Counted from the first letter of the stretch, positions 9,986 through 20,257 are shown. The stretch: DNA of 64,000 bases from Candidatus Anstonellales archaeon (GCA_038896535.1 JAWACY010000001.1:32001-96000); one strand, 5' to 3'. Notes: generated by a model not told the origin, from the sequence alone. Made by a program: numbers and translations.

Positions 9986-10235
9986 ATAAGAAGGCCTGTG
10001 TATAAGGGTGCGCACCTTCTTACTTCTTATAGGTTATAACATGGGGCTGGAAGATAATAAGAAGGCCTGTGTATAAGGGTGCGCACCTTCTTACTTCTTA
10101 TAGGTTATAACATGGGGCTGGAAGATAATAAGAAGGCCTGTGTATAAGGGTTAGCGCCTTCTACTTCTTATAGGGTATAATAAGGGTTTGGATGATAATA
10201 AGAAGGCCTGTGTAGAAGGGTGAGCGCCTTCTTAT
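9986..10235. repeat. Tandem array 1 of palindromic 70-71 bp repeats (about 3.5 units), abutting the tRNA-Arg(TCG) 3' end
   Basis: ATAAGAAGGC starts at 9986, 10057, 10128, 10198; units 1 and 2 are identical; each unit has the TAAGAAGG...CCTTCT(T)A inverted repeat. Confidence 0.95.
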
Positions 10236-10309
10236 GGGCCAGGAGGGATTTGAACCCTCGACCTGCTGGTCCGAAGCCAGCCGCTCTGTCCAAGCTGAGC
10301 TACAGGCCC
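10235..10309 (-). tRNA. tRNA-Arg(TCG)
   Basis: GGGCCTGTAGCTCAGCTTGGACAGAGCG-GCTGG CT TCG GA CCAGC-AGGTCGAGGGTTCAAATCCCTCCTGGCCCA; CCA not encoded. Confidence 0.95.
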
Positions 10310-10352
10310 AAAAGCAACATGTATTTAAAATGTTTCCTTTTAAAAATATTTA

Positions 10353-10688
10353 ATGAGGGCTCCTTGTTTTAAAGAATGTCCAGAATTAAGCAAAGCATTA
10401 AAACCGCTAAATATAGATTATTATGCTGTTTCATTTATATTAAGAAATTCCACTAAATTATATAACAAGTTTTCACACATAACAGAAAATGAAATGAAAA
10501 AACTTATATTGTATTATGCAAGAAATGGTAAATTACTTGTTATACTTAATGCCATTATATACAATGAACCCAATATCAATTTCTCTAATTTCAAAGAAGT
10601 TGCAGAGAAGAAAGGCCAATTAAAGTTTCCATTTAAAGTCTTTGAACCATTTGAAGAAGAAAAAATGGATAGATTTTTAAATACTTAA
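10353..10688 (+). CDS. Hypothetical protein
   Basis: 111-aa ORF filling the gap between the tRNA and the PRC-barrel gene; no motif recognised. Confidence 0.6.
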   Translation: MRAPCFKECPELSKALKPLNIDYYAVSFILRNSTKLYNKFSHITENEMKKLILYYARNGKLLVILNAIIYNEPNINFSNFKEVAEKKGQLKFPFKVFEPFEEEKMDRFLNT

Positions 10689-10713
10689 TATAAAATAGCA
10701 TAAAGGTGGTATT

Positions 10714-10986
10714 ATGGCAAAATACCTTTTGGCAAAACAGATAACAGGAAGAATGGTAATAACCAACGAGGGAGAAGAATTTGGTAGAGTAGTGGACTTA
10801 AATGTAAATGAACTTACTGGGGATATAGAAGATCTCATAATAGATCCAAATCCTGATAACACGAGCCTCGAGCAGTTAAGGACAGAAGATGATTATGTAT
10901 TGATCCCATTTAACAGTGTGCTAGCTGTTGGAGATTATTTAATAGTAGACAAGAGGCGTCTTTTTGAAAGTAGCAGGAATAGATGA
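10714..10986 (+). CDS. PRC-barrel domain protein (possibly CdpB-like cell division protein)
   Basis: GRMVITNEGEEFGRVVDL.VNELTGDI, IPF..V.AVGDYLIV; AAGGTGG SD-like site upstream. Confidence 0.88.
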   Translation: MAKYLLAKQITGRMVITNEGEEFGRVVDLNVNELTGDIEDLIIDPNPDNTSLEQLRTEDDYVLIPFNSVLAVGDYLIVDKRRLFESSRNR

Positions 10987-11575
10987 AGCTGGAAGAGGCT
11001 CTTTAATAGGGCCTATTGTTATTGCAATATTTATTACCAGTTCCCCAGAGAAGCTTGGGACATTAAAAGATTCAAAGAAGTTAACAAAAAGACAACGAGC
11101 ATTCTTATACAAAAAATTAAAGCATATGGGCGAGTTCGAAGTAATAAAAATATGGCCCACACAGATAGATGAGAGAAATATAAATTTACTTGAACTGGAA
11201 AGTATAAAGGCATTATTAAAAAAACACAAACCAGACAAAGTTTATATAGATGCATTTACAAAAGACAAAAACATTTTTTCATATCCTGGGGTAGATGTTA
11301 TAGCAGAGCATAAAGCAGACGAAAAGTATAGTGTTGTTGCTGCTGCCAGCATTATAGCAAAAGTGATAAGAGATGCTGAAATAAACAAGTTGAAAAGACA
11401 GGTTGGTGATTTTGGTTCCGGTTATCCTTCAGATCAAAAAACAATAGCATTTGTTGAAAAAAACATGGATAAACTTGAAAAAGAAAAAATAATAAGAAAG
11501 AAATGGGAGACATATAAAAGAATAAAGGAACCCAAACAAAAAAAGATAAACTTTGACGAAGTTGATAATAGTTAA
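10964..11575 (+). CDS. rnhB: Ribonuclease HII
   Basis: GIDEAGRG..IGP, KDSKKL, HKADEKY..VAAASIIAKV.RD, FGSGYPSD; TTG start. Confidence 0.95.
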   Translation: MKVAGIDEAGRGSLIGPIVIAIFITSSPEKLGTLKDSKKLTKRQRAFLYKKLKHMGEFEVIKIWPTQIDERNINLLELESIKALLKKHKPDKVYIDAFTKDKNIFSYPGVDVIAEHKADEKYSVVAAASIIAKVIRDAEINKLKRQVGDFGSGYPSDQKTIAFVEKNMDKLEKEKIIRKKWETYKRIKEPKQKKINFDEVDNS

Positions 11576-12123
11576 TACAATTTTATTACAGCAATTTTTT
11601 CGTATTCTGGGCCCTCTCTTTTTAATACACTTTTAAATACAACGATCTCGCTTGCAGTAAAATGCCCAAAATCATGCGTTTTATATCTATTGACTTCTTC
11701 AAAAAACATCTTATCTGGTTTACATTTTATTCTTGCTATTGTTGCATGGCCCTTATCTGTTATGCTCCCAAATCTTACTTTTTCGCGCATTGCATTTATT
11801 ATGCCTTCTATTCCATATATGCCTGCCCATAAGACTCTTGCATAATCTAATGATGGAAAAAATCCAAGGCCCTTTACATATACGTCAGTCTTTTTTATTC
11901 CAATTTCATCTATTGTTTTTGTTATTTTCATTAAATTACTATAATCAACATTGCCGAGAAAATTTAGTGTTATGTGAACATTCTTTTTATCAACAATTTT
12001 TATACATCTAAAATCCCTTATCTTGTTTTGTATTAAAAGAAGCTCCTTTTTTATGTCTTCTGGTATTTCTATAGCGATAAAGGCCCTTATCTTACTATTA
12101 TTTAATTGTCTTTCCTCTTGCAT
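11572..12123 (-). CDS. thpR: RNA 2',3'-cyclic phosphodiesterase (2H family, ThpR/LigT)
   Basis: RAFIAI, two HxT motifs (HITL, HATI), FKSVLKREGPEY. Confidence 0.92.
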   Translation of the reverse strand: MQEERQLNNSKIRAFIAIEIPEDIKKELLLIQNKIRDFRCIKIVDKKNVHITLNFLGNVDYSNLMKITKTIDEIGIKKTDVYVKGLGFFPSLDYARVLWAGIYGIEGIINAMREKVRFGSITDKGHATIARIKCKPDKMFFEEVNRYKTHDFGHFTASEIVVFKSVLKREGPEYEKIAVIKLY

Positions 12124-12128
12124 AAACG

Positions 12129-12860
12129 TTATTTAAACAAAATTTTTAAATCACGAACACTACCAAAATAAAAAATTGAGTCCTCTTCTATTGCATATAT
12201 TTTCATTGCATCAGTATCAATATTTTTCATCTCATCACTTAGCCAATCATTGGCTGATAGCACATTTGTTCCTTTTGTCAGGGGATTAAAAGATGGCAAA
12301 ACAAGTAATTTTTCTTTTTCCGCCCATAAATATGCTCTTAATTTTACTCTTGCCCCAACCTCATCCCTTATTGTTATAGCCGGGTGCTCGTTTCCTATGA
12401 TAAGCGTTTCATTGCCCCTTAAAATTTTTTTATGGCCGTGTGATATGATATAGTTTTCAATTTTGTAAAAATCATGTTCTTTTATATCATCTAAATCTTT
12501 TATTATATTCTTTATGTAAAAATCATGATTTCCTTTTATTAATATAATATCGACTTTTTCTCTTATAAATTCAAAAAACTGTTTTATTTCTTCCCATTCT
12601 TGTATAACGTTTTTACCAAAACCTTGCTTTATATCGCCAGCAATAACAAGCTTTTTTAACTCATATTTCTCTATACAATATAATGTCGTTTTCAGCATCT
12701 CTGCTGTTTGTAATCTTGATGTTAAAAGACTGAGTTCTTCCATTCCAATATGCAAATCAGATATGACCCCTATATTTTTGTTTTTTATTATTGCTATTGC
12801 ATATGGAGTTAATGTTATACCATCAACAACTACAATGTCATCATTTTTCATGTTTATCAT
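12129..12860 (-). CDS. Metallophosphoesterase (Lhr-associated MPE, COG1407-like)
   Basis: SDLHIG, GD, KGNHD, HGH, GNEHPA, LPSFNP; adjacent to Lhr. Confidence 0.88.
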   Translation of the reverse strand: MINMKNDDIVVVDGITLTPYAIAIIKNKNIGVISDLHIGMEELSLLTSRLQTAEMLKTTLYCIEKYELKKLVIAGDIKQGFGKNVIQEWEEIKQFFEFIREKVDIILIKGNHDFYIKNIIKDLDDIKEHDFYKIENYIISHGHKKILRGNETLIIGNEHPAITIRDEVGARVKLRAYLWAEKEKLLVLPSFNPLTKGTNVLSANDWLSDEMKNIDTDAMKIYAIEEDSIFYFGSVRDLKILFK

Positions 12861-15418
12861 TATGCTGCTTTGCTTTTTATTGCCATCATAACCTTTTCAT
12901 GCATCCGTCTTATAAATGCTTTTCTGTCCTCCATCATTATAACATCTCTTCCGCCCATAGCAACTATATTAAAAGCAAATGGTGATGGAACTTTCAGATT
13001 TTTTTCAAAATGCAATATTTTTGTACTAATCTTTTTCAAATAATCCAGTGCCTCATCAGCATGCATTGCTTCATAAAGGCATTCGTTATATGCCTCTTTA
13101 ATCAATATAAACTCCTTATCATACTGATATAAAAGTTTCAGCAACGAATCAGCTGATAACTGCTGTCTTGAAATACTTTTCTCATGTTCACCGTATCTCT
13201 TTAATATCAATAAACCTCTAACTGCAACTTGCCTAAATCTCCTTCTGATGAGCTCGCTCCACTCTATACCTTTTTTCAATGCATCCATAAATGTCTGTTC
13301 ATCACAAAAAAGTAGTTCTTTAATGTCCTCTTCATTTGCCCGTCTCCATCTTGGTAATGAAAGCATAAATCCATAATCATTAATACTTACTTTTATATTG
13401 ACGCCCTTTTTCTGGCCAAGCATGAATGCAAATGCTCTTGCAATTGCTTCATTTGCCTTTCTTCCTGCAAGTGTATGAAATATATAATTTCTAAAATTCT
13501 CATCTTCATATTCTTCAACAAGAAACCTGTGCTTATCAGGCACTATAGAATACGCTTTTTGCTCTTTTATATAGTTAAATAACGCCTCTGCGCTTCTTTT
13601 ATCTATGTTATAGTTGCTTACCAAGTATTGAAGTGCCTCTTTTCTGTCCATCTCTGCTATACGTTCTCTAAAATGCGCTATATCAAGGGCAAGTTCATAT
13701 GATAATGGAAGCATTTCAGAGAACCATGCTGGTATAGTTGGTTTCTTTTCCAGTGCTTGGTCAACATATATCCTGTTTCCTTTTGAATATGCAAATTCAT
13801 ATGTCTTTCCACCTAAAACAAATATGTCACCTTTAACAAGTTTTTCAGCAAACTCCTCTTCAACATTCCCAATATAATCACCATTTCTTAAAAATACTTT
13901 TACGTATGTCTCTTCTGGTATCGTGCCAACATTCATATAATATATTGCTCTTGCCATCTTTCCTCGTCTTCCAAATTCCTTGCCATCATACCATATTTTA
14001 CCATAAACATTCCTTGCTTCTAGCCCTTCGTATGAACCAGATAAAAATTCAAGGGTTTTTTCAAATTCTGAGAATGTTAAGTCCTTGTAAACATAACTTC
14101 TCTTTACAATGTGATAAGCTTCTTTAACATCATATTTTTTCTCTAATGCCATGCCCAATAAATGTTGAATTAAAACATCAAAAGGCTTATGTGGTAATCT
14201 TATACTATCAAACTTTTTCTTCAATGCATTGTGTGCCAATACTGTACATTCCAGTAGGTCATCTCTATCAAGCACAATAATATGGCCTGTACTTTTTTCA
14301 TGTAATTTATGTCCGCTTCTGCCTATTCTTTGCAATGCCCTTGAAACAGATTTAGGCGACCCTATTAAAACAACGGTATCTATGCTCCCAATGTCTATAC
14401 CAAGTTCCAAACTTGTTGAACAAACAACTGCTTTTAATTGCCCTCTTTTCAGTTTTTCCTCAGTTTCTAACCTTATCTTTCTGCTCAAGCTTGAGTGGTG
14501 GGTGGCTATTGAATCAATATATTTATCACCAAACTTTTGCTTCAAATGGAAAACAACGCGCTCTGTTGCACTTCTTGTATTGGTAAATATTAATGTTGTT
14601 TTATTCTTATCTATTATCTTATCTAAAATTTTATACATATTACTGCTTACAACTTCTGAATCTGTATATATAAGATCATCAACTGGACTTAATACGTCTA
14701 TTGAAATTAATTTTAGATAGTTTACATCCACTATAATACAATGCCTATCATTTCCAACAAGATATTTCGCAACCTCTTCCAAAGGGTGGACTGTTGCTGA
14801 AAGACCTATCCTAACGAAATTACACTTTTCATTCAACCTTTCTAATGATAAGCTGAGATGCGCCCCTCTTTTGTTGTCAACAAGGGCATGTATCTCATCT
14901 ACAATAACCCATCTAACATCTTGCATGTAAGAAGAAAACTTTTGAGCATTAAGCATGATGGCAAAGCTTTCTGGTGTCGTTATCAATATATGCGGGGGCT
15001 TTTTCAACATGCTAGCCTTTTCTGCCTGCGTTGTATCGCTTGTTCTAACACCAATTCTTATGCCAATATTATAACCCATTTCAGCAAGCTCTTTTAATGG
15101 ATCAAGGAGGTTTCTTTTTATATCGTTATTAAGTGCTCTTAAGGGGGATATATAAATGCAATATACTTTATCTTCAAGTTCATTGTTCTGCTTTAATGTA
15201 TAAAGTTCATTTATTATGCCCAGAAATGCAGCAAGTGTTTTTCCACTTCCTGTTGGAGAGCTTATCAATACATTTTTTTTATCGCATATCTCTTTAATTG
15301 CAAACCTTTGGGGCGGTGAGAATGTTTTATACTTATTTAAAAACCATGCTTTTATTGGGGGCTGTAATATAGCTAATATCTCATTATCGCTAAGTTCTTT
15401 TTTTGCAAAAGATATCAT
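12860..15418 (-). CDS. lhr: Lhr-family SF2 ATP-dependent helicase
   Basis: SPTGSGKTLAAF, SPLRALNNDI, ITTPES, VDEIH, GLSAT, TSLELGIDIG, QRIGRSGH, GTIP. Confidence 0.95.
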   Translation of the reverse strand: MISFAKKELSDNEILAILQPPIKAWFLNKYKTFSPPQRFAIKEICDKKNVLISSPTGSGKTLAAFLGIINELYTLKQNNELEDKVYCIYISPLRALNNDIKRNLLDPLKELAEMGYNIGIRIGVRTSDTTQAEKASMLKKPPHILITTPESFAIMLNAQKFSSYMQDVRWVIVDEIHALVDNKRGAHLSLSLERLNEKCNFVRIGLSATVHPLEEVAKYLVGNDRHCIIVDVNYLKLISIDVLSPVDDLIYTDSEVVSSNMYKILDKIIDKNKTTLIFTNTRSATERVVFHLKQKFGDKYIDSIATHHSSLSRKIRLETEEKLKRGQLKAVVCSTSLELGIDIGSIDTVVLIGSPKSVSRALQRIGRSGHKLHEKSTGHIIVLDRDDLLECTVLAHNALKKKFDSIRLPHKPFDVLIQHLLGMALEKKYDVKEAYHIVKRSYVYKDLTFSEFEKTLEFLSGSYEGLEARNVYGKIWYDGKEFGRRGKMARAIYYMNVGTIPEETYVKVFLRNGDYIGNVEEEFAEKLVKGDIFVLGGKTYEFAYSKGNRIYVDQALEKKPTIPAWFSEMLPLSYELALDIAHFRERIAEMDRKEALQYLVSNYNIDKRSAEALFNYIKEQKAYSIVPDKHRFLVEEYEDENFRNYIFHTLAGRKANEAIARAFAFMLGQKKGVNIKVSINDYGFMLSLPRWRRANEEDIKELLFCDEQTFMDALKKGIEWSELIRRRFRQVAVRGLLILKRYGEHEKSISRQQLSADSLLKLLYQYDKEFILIKEAYNECLYEAMHADEALDYLKKISTKILHFEKNLKVPSPFAFNIVAMGGRDVIMMEDRKAFIRRMHEKVMMAIKSKAA

Positions 15419-15470
15419 AATAAATATAAATAAGGGTTAGAATTTTTAATACAATAGCATAAATCTATTT

Positions 15471-16610
15471 ATGCTTACTGAAAAGTATAGGCCAAAAATC
15501 CTTAAAGACATTGTTGGAAATGAAGAAGCAAAAAAACAAGCAATTGAATGGATTGAAAAAGTTTTAAAAGGTAAAGAGAAAAAGGCGCTGTTTATATATG
15601 GAAGTACTGGCGTAGGAAAAACTTCTCTTGCTTATGCAATAGCAAAAGAATACAATCTTGAGCCCATATTTTTAACAACATCAGAAAAAAGAAATGATAT
15701 TACAATAAAAAGCATGGAGTTAAGCAATGCGTTTTCTGTTTTTGGAAAGAGGAGGCTTATTATATTTGATGATCTTGAAGGCTTGGCTTCAAAAGATGAC
15801 AGGGGAGCGATAAATGCAATAGTACACATCATAAAAGAAGCAAAAAATCCCATCATTTTAATAGCAAATGACTATTGGAATCAGAAGTTAAAACAGCTTA
15901 GGCCATTTTCAATCCCTGTCCAAATGAAAAAGCTAAATGCAATGCAAATAAAAAAAATACTTGAGTACATAGTCAAAAAAGAGAATATAAAAAATGTAAA
16001 TATAGATGAGATAGCAAAATATGCTGATGGAGATGTAAGAGCAAGCATAAACAATCTTGAAAGCAACATGGCTGCTTATAGAGATAAAAAAAGGGGCGCA
16101 TATGATGTTATTTTATCAATATTAAAGGGGAAAAATATAGATTGGGCAAGGAAAACATTAATGCAAAGCGATGACGATCCTGAGCTGATTATTGCATGGC
16201 TTGATGAGAATATAGCAGTAGAATATAAAACAAAGGAAGAGATAGCAAAAGCATATGATTATTTATCAAAATCTGATTTATTTAGGGCTAGAATCACGAA
16301 AAGGCAATATTGGGGTTTTTTAAGATATGTTACTGTATTCCTTGCTTTTATTGCGCTGGCAAAAAAACATGAAAGCCATGGGCTTACAAGATATGCTTTT
16401 CCATCTTACATAAAAGAGCTCTCTGCAACAATGGAAAAAAGAGCTAAAATAAAGTCAATAGCAGGTAAAATAGCAAAAAAGATACATTCAAATATAAGGT
16501 ATGTTATAAATAATTTCCAGTTTTATAAAATGTTAATATTAAAAAATAAAGAAATGGCAAAAAATTATTTTATGCTTAATGATGATGAAATTGAATTTTT
16601 AGGTGGTTGA
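15471..16610 (+). CDS. rfcL: Replication factor C large subunit
   Basis: EKYRPK, GSTGVGKTS, PIILIAND, GDVRASINNL, WLDENI, RQYWGFLRY. Confidence 0.92.
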   Translation: MLTEKYRPKILKDIVGNEEAKKQAIEWIEKVLKGKEKKALFIYGSTGVGKTSLAYAIAKEYNLEPIFLTTSEKRNDITIKSMELSNAFSVFGKRRLIIFDDLEGLASKDDRGAINAIVHIIKEAKNPIILIANDYWNQKLKQLRPFSIPVQMKKLNAMQIKKILEYIVKKENIKNVNIDEIAKYADGDVRASINNLESNMAAYRDKKRGAYDVILSILKGKNIDWARKTLMQSDDDPELIIAWLDENIAVEYKTKEEIAKAYDYLSKSDLFRARITKRQYWGFLRYVTVFLAFIALAKKHESHGLTRYAFPSYIKELSATMEKRAKIKSIAGKIAKKIHSNIRYVINNFQFYKMLILKNKEMAKNYFMLNDDEIEFLGG

Positions 16611-16815
16611 AGTGGTAAAAATTATATCAATAAGAGATGATGTATATAAAAAATTATTGAATTTCAAGAGGGCCAACAGTACAAGCTTTTCTGATGCAAT
16701 AGATACATTACTTAATTTCTACAAGGCAAAAAAACCAATATCAAAGCAACTTAGCGGAACATTGAAAGAAAGTGATTTATTAAGATCAAGATTAAAGAGG
16801 ATTATGCATGGCTAA
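16603..16815 (+). CDS. Putative VapB-type antitoxin (DUF217-like)
   Basis: KIISIRDDVYKKL..K....SFSDAI..LL pattern; overlaps the downstream PIN gene. Confidence 0.75.
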   Translation: MVEVVKIISIRDDVYKKLLNFKRANSTSFSDAIDTLLNFYKAKKPISKQLSGTLKESDLLRSRLKRIMHG

Positions 16816-17194
16816 AGATAAAATAAAAATTTGCCTTGATTTAGACATTTTGCTTGATTTTCTTCTTGGCGATGAATCTGCAGTTGAAAAGATAGAGATA
16901 TATGTAAAAACAAGAGATACTGAGTTATGCATTTCTACAATAACATTGGCCGAACTTTATATTATAACGAAAAACAGGCAGATTATTGATGAAATTAAAG
17001 AAAGATTTATTATTTTGCCATTCGATGAAAATGCTGCCAAAATTGCTGGTGATGTTTATGATTATCTTGAAGAACAAGTGCCAATATCGCAAAACAGGGT
17101 TTTTGTTGCTGCAACATGCATGGCAAATAATGCTTTTTTATTGACAAAGGATAAGAAGTATTATTCCAACATTCCAAATTTAAGGGTTTTATAA
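16808..17194 (+). CDS. VapC-like PIN domain protein
   Basis: CLDLDILLDFL, ISTITLAELY, ILPFD..AA..AG, VAATC...LLTKD. Confidence 0.85.
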   Translation: MAKDKIKICLDLDILLDFLLGDESAVEKIEIYVKTRDTELCISTITLAELYIITKNRQIIDEIKERFIILPFDENAAKIAGDVYDYLEEQVPISQNRVFVAATCMANNAFLLTKDKKYYSNIPNLRVL

Positions 17195-17871
17195 TGATTA
17201 AAGTAAAAAGAAAATTTTTGGCTTTTGCTACATTGCCATTTTTTATATTCGTAATATTATTTTTTCTGGTTTTTATAAACAGCGTTTACACAAAAAATGA
17301 ATCTTTAATAGATAAAACACAGGTTTTTCAGGCTGCAATAAAAAGAGCAGAACTTGAAGAAACAATAAGAAAAGCTGGTGAAGAAGTTGTTGAAGCATAC
17401 AAAGAAGCAAAGCAGATTAAACAAGAATTAGTTAAAGCTGATGAACTGGCTGGTTGGCCTGTTTTAAAAATCCTTATGGTAGTCAATATAGGCAAAGCAA
17501 TGGATGACTACTTAAAAATAGAATCAAAGATAAACACAACGTGTTTTTGTTCTTTTTATGATTATAACGAGCTTAAACAATCTTCAGATGAATCGAGCAA
17601 TAAATCCATGATTACAATACCAAGAAATGCTAAAGTTGGCATGAACTGCAATGAGTACATTGACATATTTATAACTTCACTTGAAAATATATCAATAGTG
17701 TTAACAAAAAATAACGTAAGATTTTTTTGTATTGCTCAAAACAAAAATAGTGCTTATATTGAAACATTAAGACAGGAGATAACATTAAGGGAGACAATGC
17801 CAAAAAGAAATGACTTATTAAATGTATTATTAAATGAACTTGAAAATAAATATGGCAAAAGCATGCAATAA
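17194..17871 (+). CDS. Hypothetical N-terminally anchored membrane/secreted protein
   Basis: Basic N-terminus followed by one hydrophobic helix; several Cys in the C-terminal region. Confidence 0.6.
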   Translation: MIKVKRKFLAFATLPFFIFVILFFLVFINSVYTKNESLIDKTQVFQAAIKRAELEETIRKAGEEVVEAYKEAKQIKQELVKADELAGWPVLKILMVVNIGKAMDDYLKIESKINTTCFCSFYDYNELKQSSDESSNKSMITIPRNAKVGMNCNEYIDIFITSLENISIVLTKNNVRFFCIAQNKNSAYIETLRQEITLRETMPKRNDLLNVLLNELENKYGKSMQ

Positions 17872-18915
17872 AGCCCATAAGAGAAATACATTAATAACTC
17901 CGATTATGCTTATTACATAAGCTGCTATTAATGAAGATAGGATAGCAAAAACACCAGAAAAGAAATAAAACAGACTTAAATTAAAACTTTCTTTATTGTT
18001 TTTGGTTATATAAGCCCTTGCATTTCCTTCAAACATAGCATAGGAAAGACCCATGAATAAAAAGCCAATGTACGGTTGGCTAAAATAAAAAGAAATAAAT
18101 GAGAGGAAAGAGAAAAAAACAGAAGAAAAAAGTGCTATCTTTATGTTTTTATCGCCAAATTTACCAGAAAATGGGGAGAAAAAAATAAAAAATAAGTTAA
18201 ATATTACATAAAATATTATTGATTCAAGAAATGATTTTGCAAAAAATGCTATTGGTAGCCCAATATTCAATTGCAGAAATGGAATAAATGAAACGATATG
18301 CGCTTTATTAAGTGTTAATTTAATGTTCTTATGGTTTGCTTTTTTATAATCATTTACATTAATTAAGGGCAGGACTGAAAGAAAGCCTGTCAGTGCTGAT
18401 ATAAAAAGCAGTGTTATTCCTCCCAAAAAAGAGAAAATTGCTGCAAATAAACTTCCAAAAAATGCTCCCACAGTATCAAAAGAGCGCTGAATACTAAAAA
18501 ACAAGCTTTTATGTTTGCCTGCAATGGCCCCTATTATCGAATCCCTTATTGGGTCTCTCAATGCTTTTGCCATTCTATCAACAATTATTGATATATAAAC
18601 AATAAATATTGACTTAAAAAAAATCGTGCTCAATAAAAGCAAAAGCCTTCCAAAAGCAGATATGGTATAGCCTGCCATTATAGTCATTTTAGTTGATCTT
18701 ATTGAACGTGTGTAATAATTTATTAAAGGGGCCAAAAGATCGGACAAGCCCTTTCTTATGCCCATTATTATTGTTATGTCTCTTTCATTTCCGCCGATGA
18801 TTTTTATAATAAATGGCAATATTGATGCAAGCATATCACTTGAAAAATCATTAAGCATGCTTGCATAACTAAAGGCATATAATGTATGCTTTGCTTGCTT
18901 ATGATTTTTCTTCAT
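17830..18915 (-). CDS. MFS transporter
   Basis: SMLNDFSSDM..ILP, GY.IS, DRMAKALRDPIRD, QRSFDTVGAFFG; multiple TM segments. Confidence 0.85.
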   Translation of the reverse strand: MKKNHKQAKHTLYAFSYASMLNDFSSDMLASILPFIIKIIGGNERDITIIMGIRKGLSDLLAPLINYYTRSIRSTKMTIMAGYTISAFGRLLLLLSTIFFKSIFIVYISIIVDRMAKALRDPIRDSIIGAIAGKHKSLFFSIQRSFDTVGAFFGSLFAAIFSFLGGITLLFISALTGFLSVLPLINVNDYKKANHKNIKLTLNKAHIVSFIPFLQLNIGLPIAFFAKSFLESIIFYVIFNLFFIFFSPFSGKFGDKNIKIALFSSVFFSFLSFISFYFSQPYIGFLFMGLSYAMFEGNARAYITKNNKESFNLSLFYFFSGVFAILSSLIAAYVISIIGVINVFLLWALLHAFAIFIFKFI

Positions 18916-19873
18916 CTATTTCACGGGTTGCAAAATAAGCAGCGATGGCTCCATCACTTGCAGCATTTATAGCCTGTTTTAATGCACTTCTTCTACAATC
19001 ACCAGCAGCAAAAACATCTTTAACGCTTGTCTTCATCTTTTCGTCTGTTATTATATAACCCTGCTCATCTTTCTTTAAATTGAACTTTTCAGTGTTTGGT
19101 ATCATGCCAATAAATATGAATACTGCATCTATTGGTATTTCAAATGTCTTATTCTCCTTATTATTATAAAGTAAAACTGACTTAACTGTTTCATTCCCTT
19201 TAATCTCTCTTAACTCAGTATTAAACATAATTTTTATTTTTTTGTGGGCCATTGCCCTATCTTGTAATATTTTATCTGCTTTAAATTTATCTCTCCTGTG
19301 AACAATTGTAACTGAATTGGCAAAATTGTCTGCTATAAAAAGTGCCTCGTCTAATGCAGAATTGCCGCCCCCAACTACTATGACATTTTTATTTTTAAAG
19401 AATGGCGCATCACAAACAGCACAATAACTAACACCTCTGCCTCTAAACTCCTTTTCTCCTTTTATTCCAAGTTCATTCCATATTGCGCCCGTTGTTATTA
19501 TAAGTTTTTTATAATAAAATGTCCTTCTCATAATGCCAGACGTTTTTACATATTTTTGTTCGAAGTTTATTTCTTCTACATTCACCCCATAAACAATGTG
19601 CGCTCCGAATTTCTGAGCATGTTTTGCCCATGCTTGGCTTAGCTCAGGCCCTGATATATGCTCTATGCCCGGATAATCTTCAACTATGCCTGTTGTTGCT
19701 ATCTGTCCACCAGGAGCAGAATTTCTTTCCAAAACCAGTGTTTGCTTTTTTCCTCTTGCTGCATACAATGCTGCTGACAAACCAGCTGGTCCGCCACCAA
19801 TAATGATGATGTCCCAGTTATCTTTTAACTCACTAAAAGATTGTATAGAGAAGCCTAAATTGAAATCTGTCAT
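18899..19873 (-). CDS. trxB: Thioredoxin-disulfide reductase
   Basis: GGGPAGLSAALY, GRGVSYCAVCD, GGGNSA, VHRRD, FAAGD. Confidence 0.95.
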   Translation of the reverse strand: MTDFNLGFSIQSFSELKDNWDIIIIGGGPAGLSAALYAARGKKQTLVLERNSAPGGQIATTGIVEDYPGIEHISGPELSQAWAKHAQKFGAHIVYGVNVEEINFEQKYVKTSGIMRRTFYYKKLIITTGAIWNELGIKGEKEFRGRGVSYCAVCDAPFFKNKNVIVVGGGNSALDEALFIADNFANSVTIVHRRDKFKADKILQDRAMAHKKIKIMFNTELREIKGNETVKSVLLYNNKENKTFEIPIDAVFIFIGMIPNTEKFNLKKDEQGYIITDEKMKTSVKDVFAAGDCRRSALKQAINAASDGAIAAYFATREIDEEKS

Positions 19874-19921
19874 AATCTATCACAACAATAATCTTTTAAA
19901 TTGCTTATGCCGATATAATTT

Positions 19922-20257
19922 TTATTTTCCAACTCCTATTATTACATAACCATAAGGTTGATCTGATCTTATAAAGGCCCCGTATTTTATATCACAATTC
20001 TTTATCCTATAATAATTATTCTCAAAATATATGCATAAGCCTATTTCTGCACTGGCATTATTTATAATTGACAGCACTTGATCATAGCTCTGTTCATAAT
20101 AAAGAGTGCCTTTTGTTTCTTTATATAAGTGTATAAATAAATCATTTGCAAGCATGTACTGCTGCTCATAATATGATGTTTCAATAACTGGCATTTGTAT
20201 TGAAGCAATAATAGAAAATGTCGCAAGAGTGATTAATGAAACTTCAAGTAATCTCAT
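19922..20257 (-). CDS. Small pilin-like/secreted protein
   Basis: N-terminal hydrophobic helix with Glu5 (MRLLEVSLITL); third gene of a pilin-like cluster; Cys pair. Confidence 0.45.
   Translation of the reverse strand: MRLLEVSLITLATFSIIASIQMPVIETSYYEQQYMLANDLFIHLYKETKGTLYYEQSYDQVLSIINNASAEIGLCIYFENNYYRIKNCDIKYGAFIRSDQPYGYVIIGVGK

Noticed and set aside
9986..10235. CRISPR array
   Set aside because: The would-be spacers are identical or near-identical, and there are no cas genes in the window
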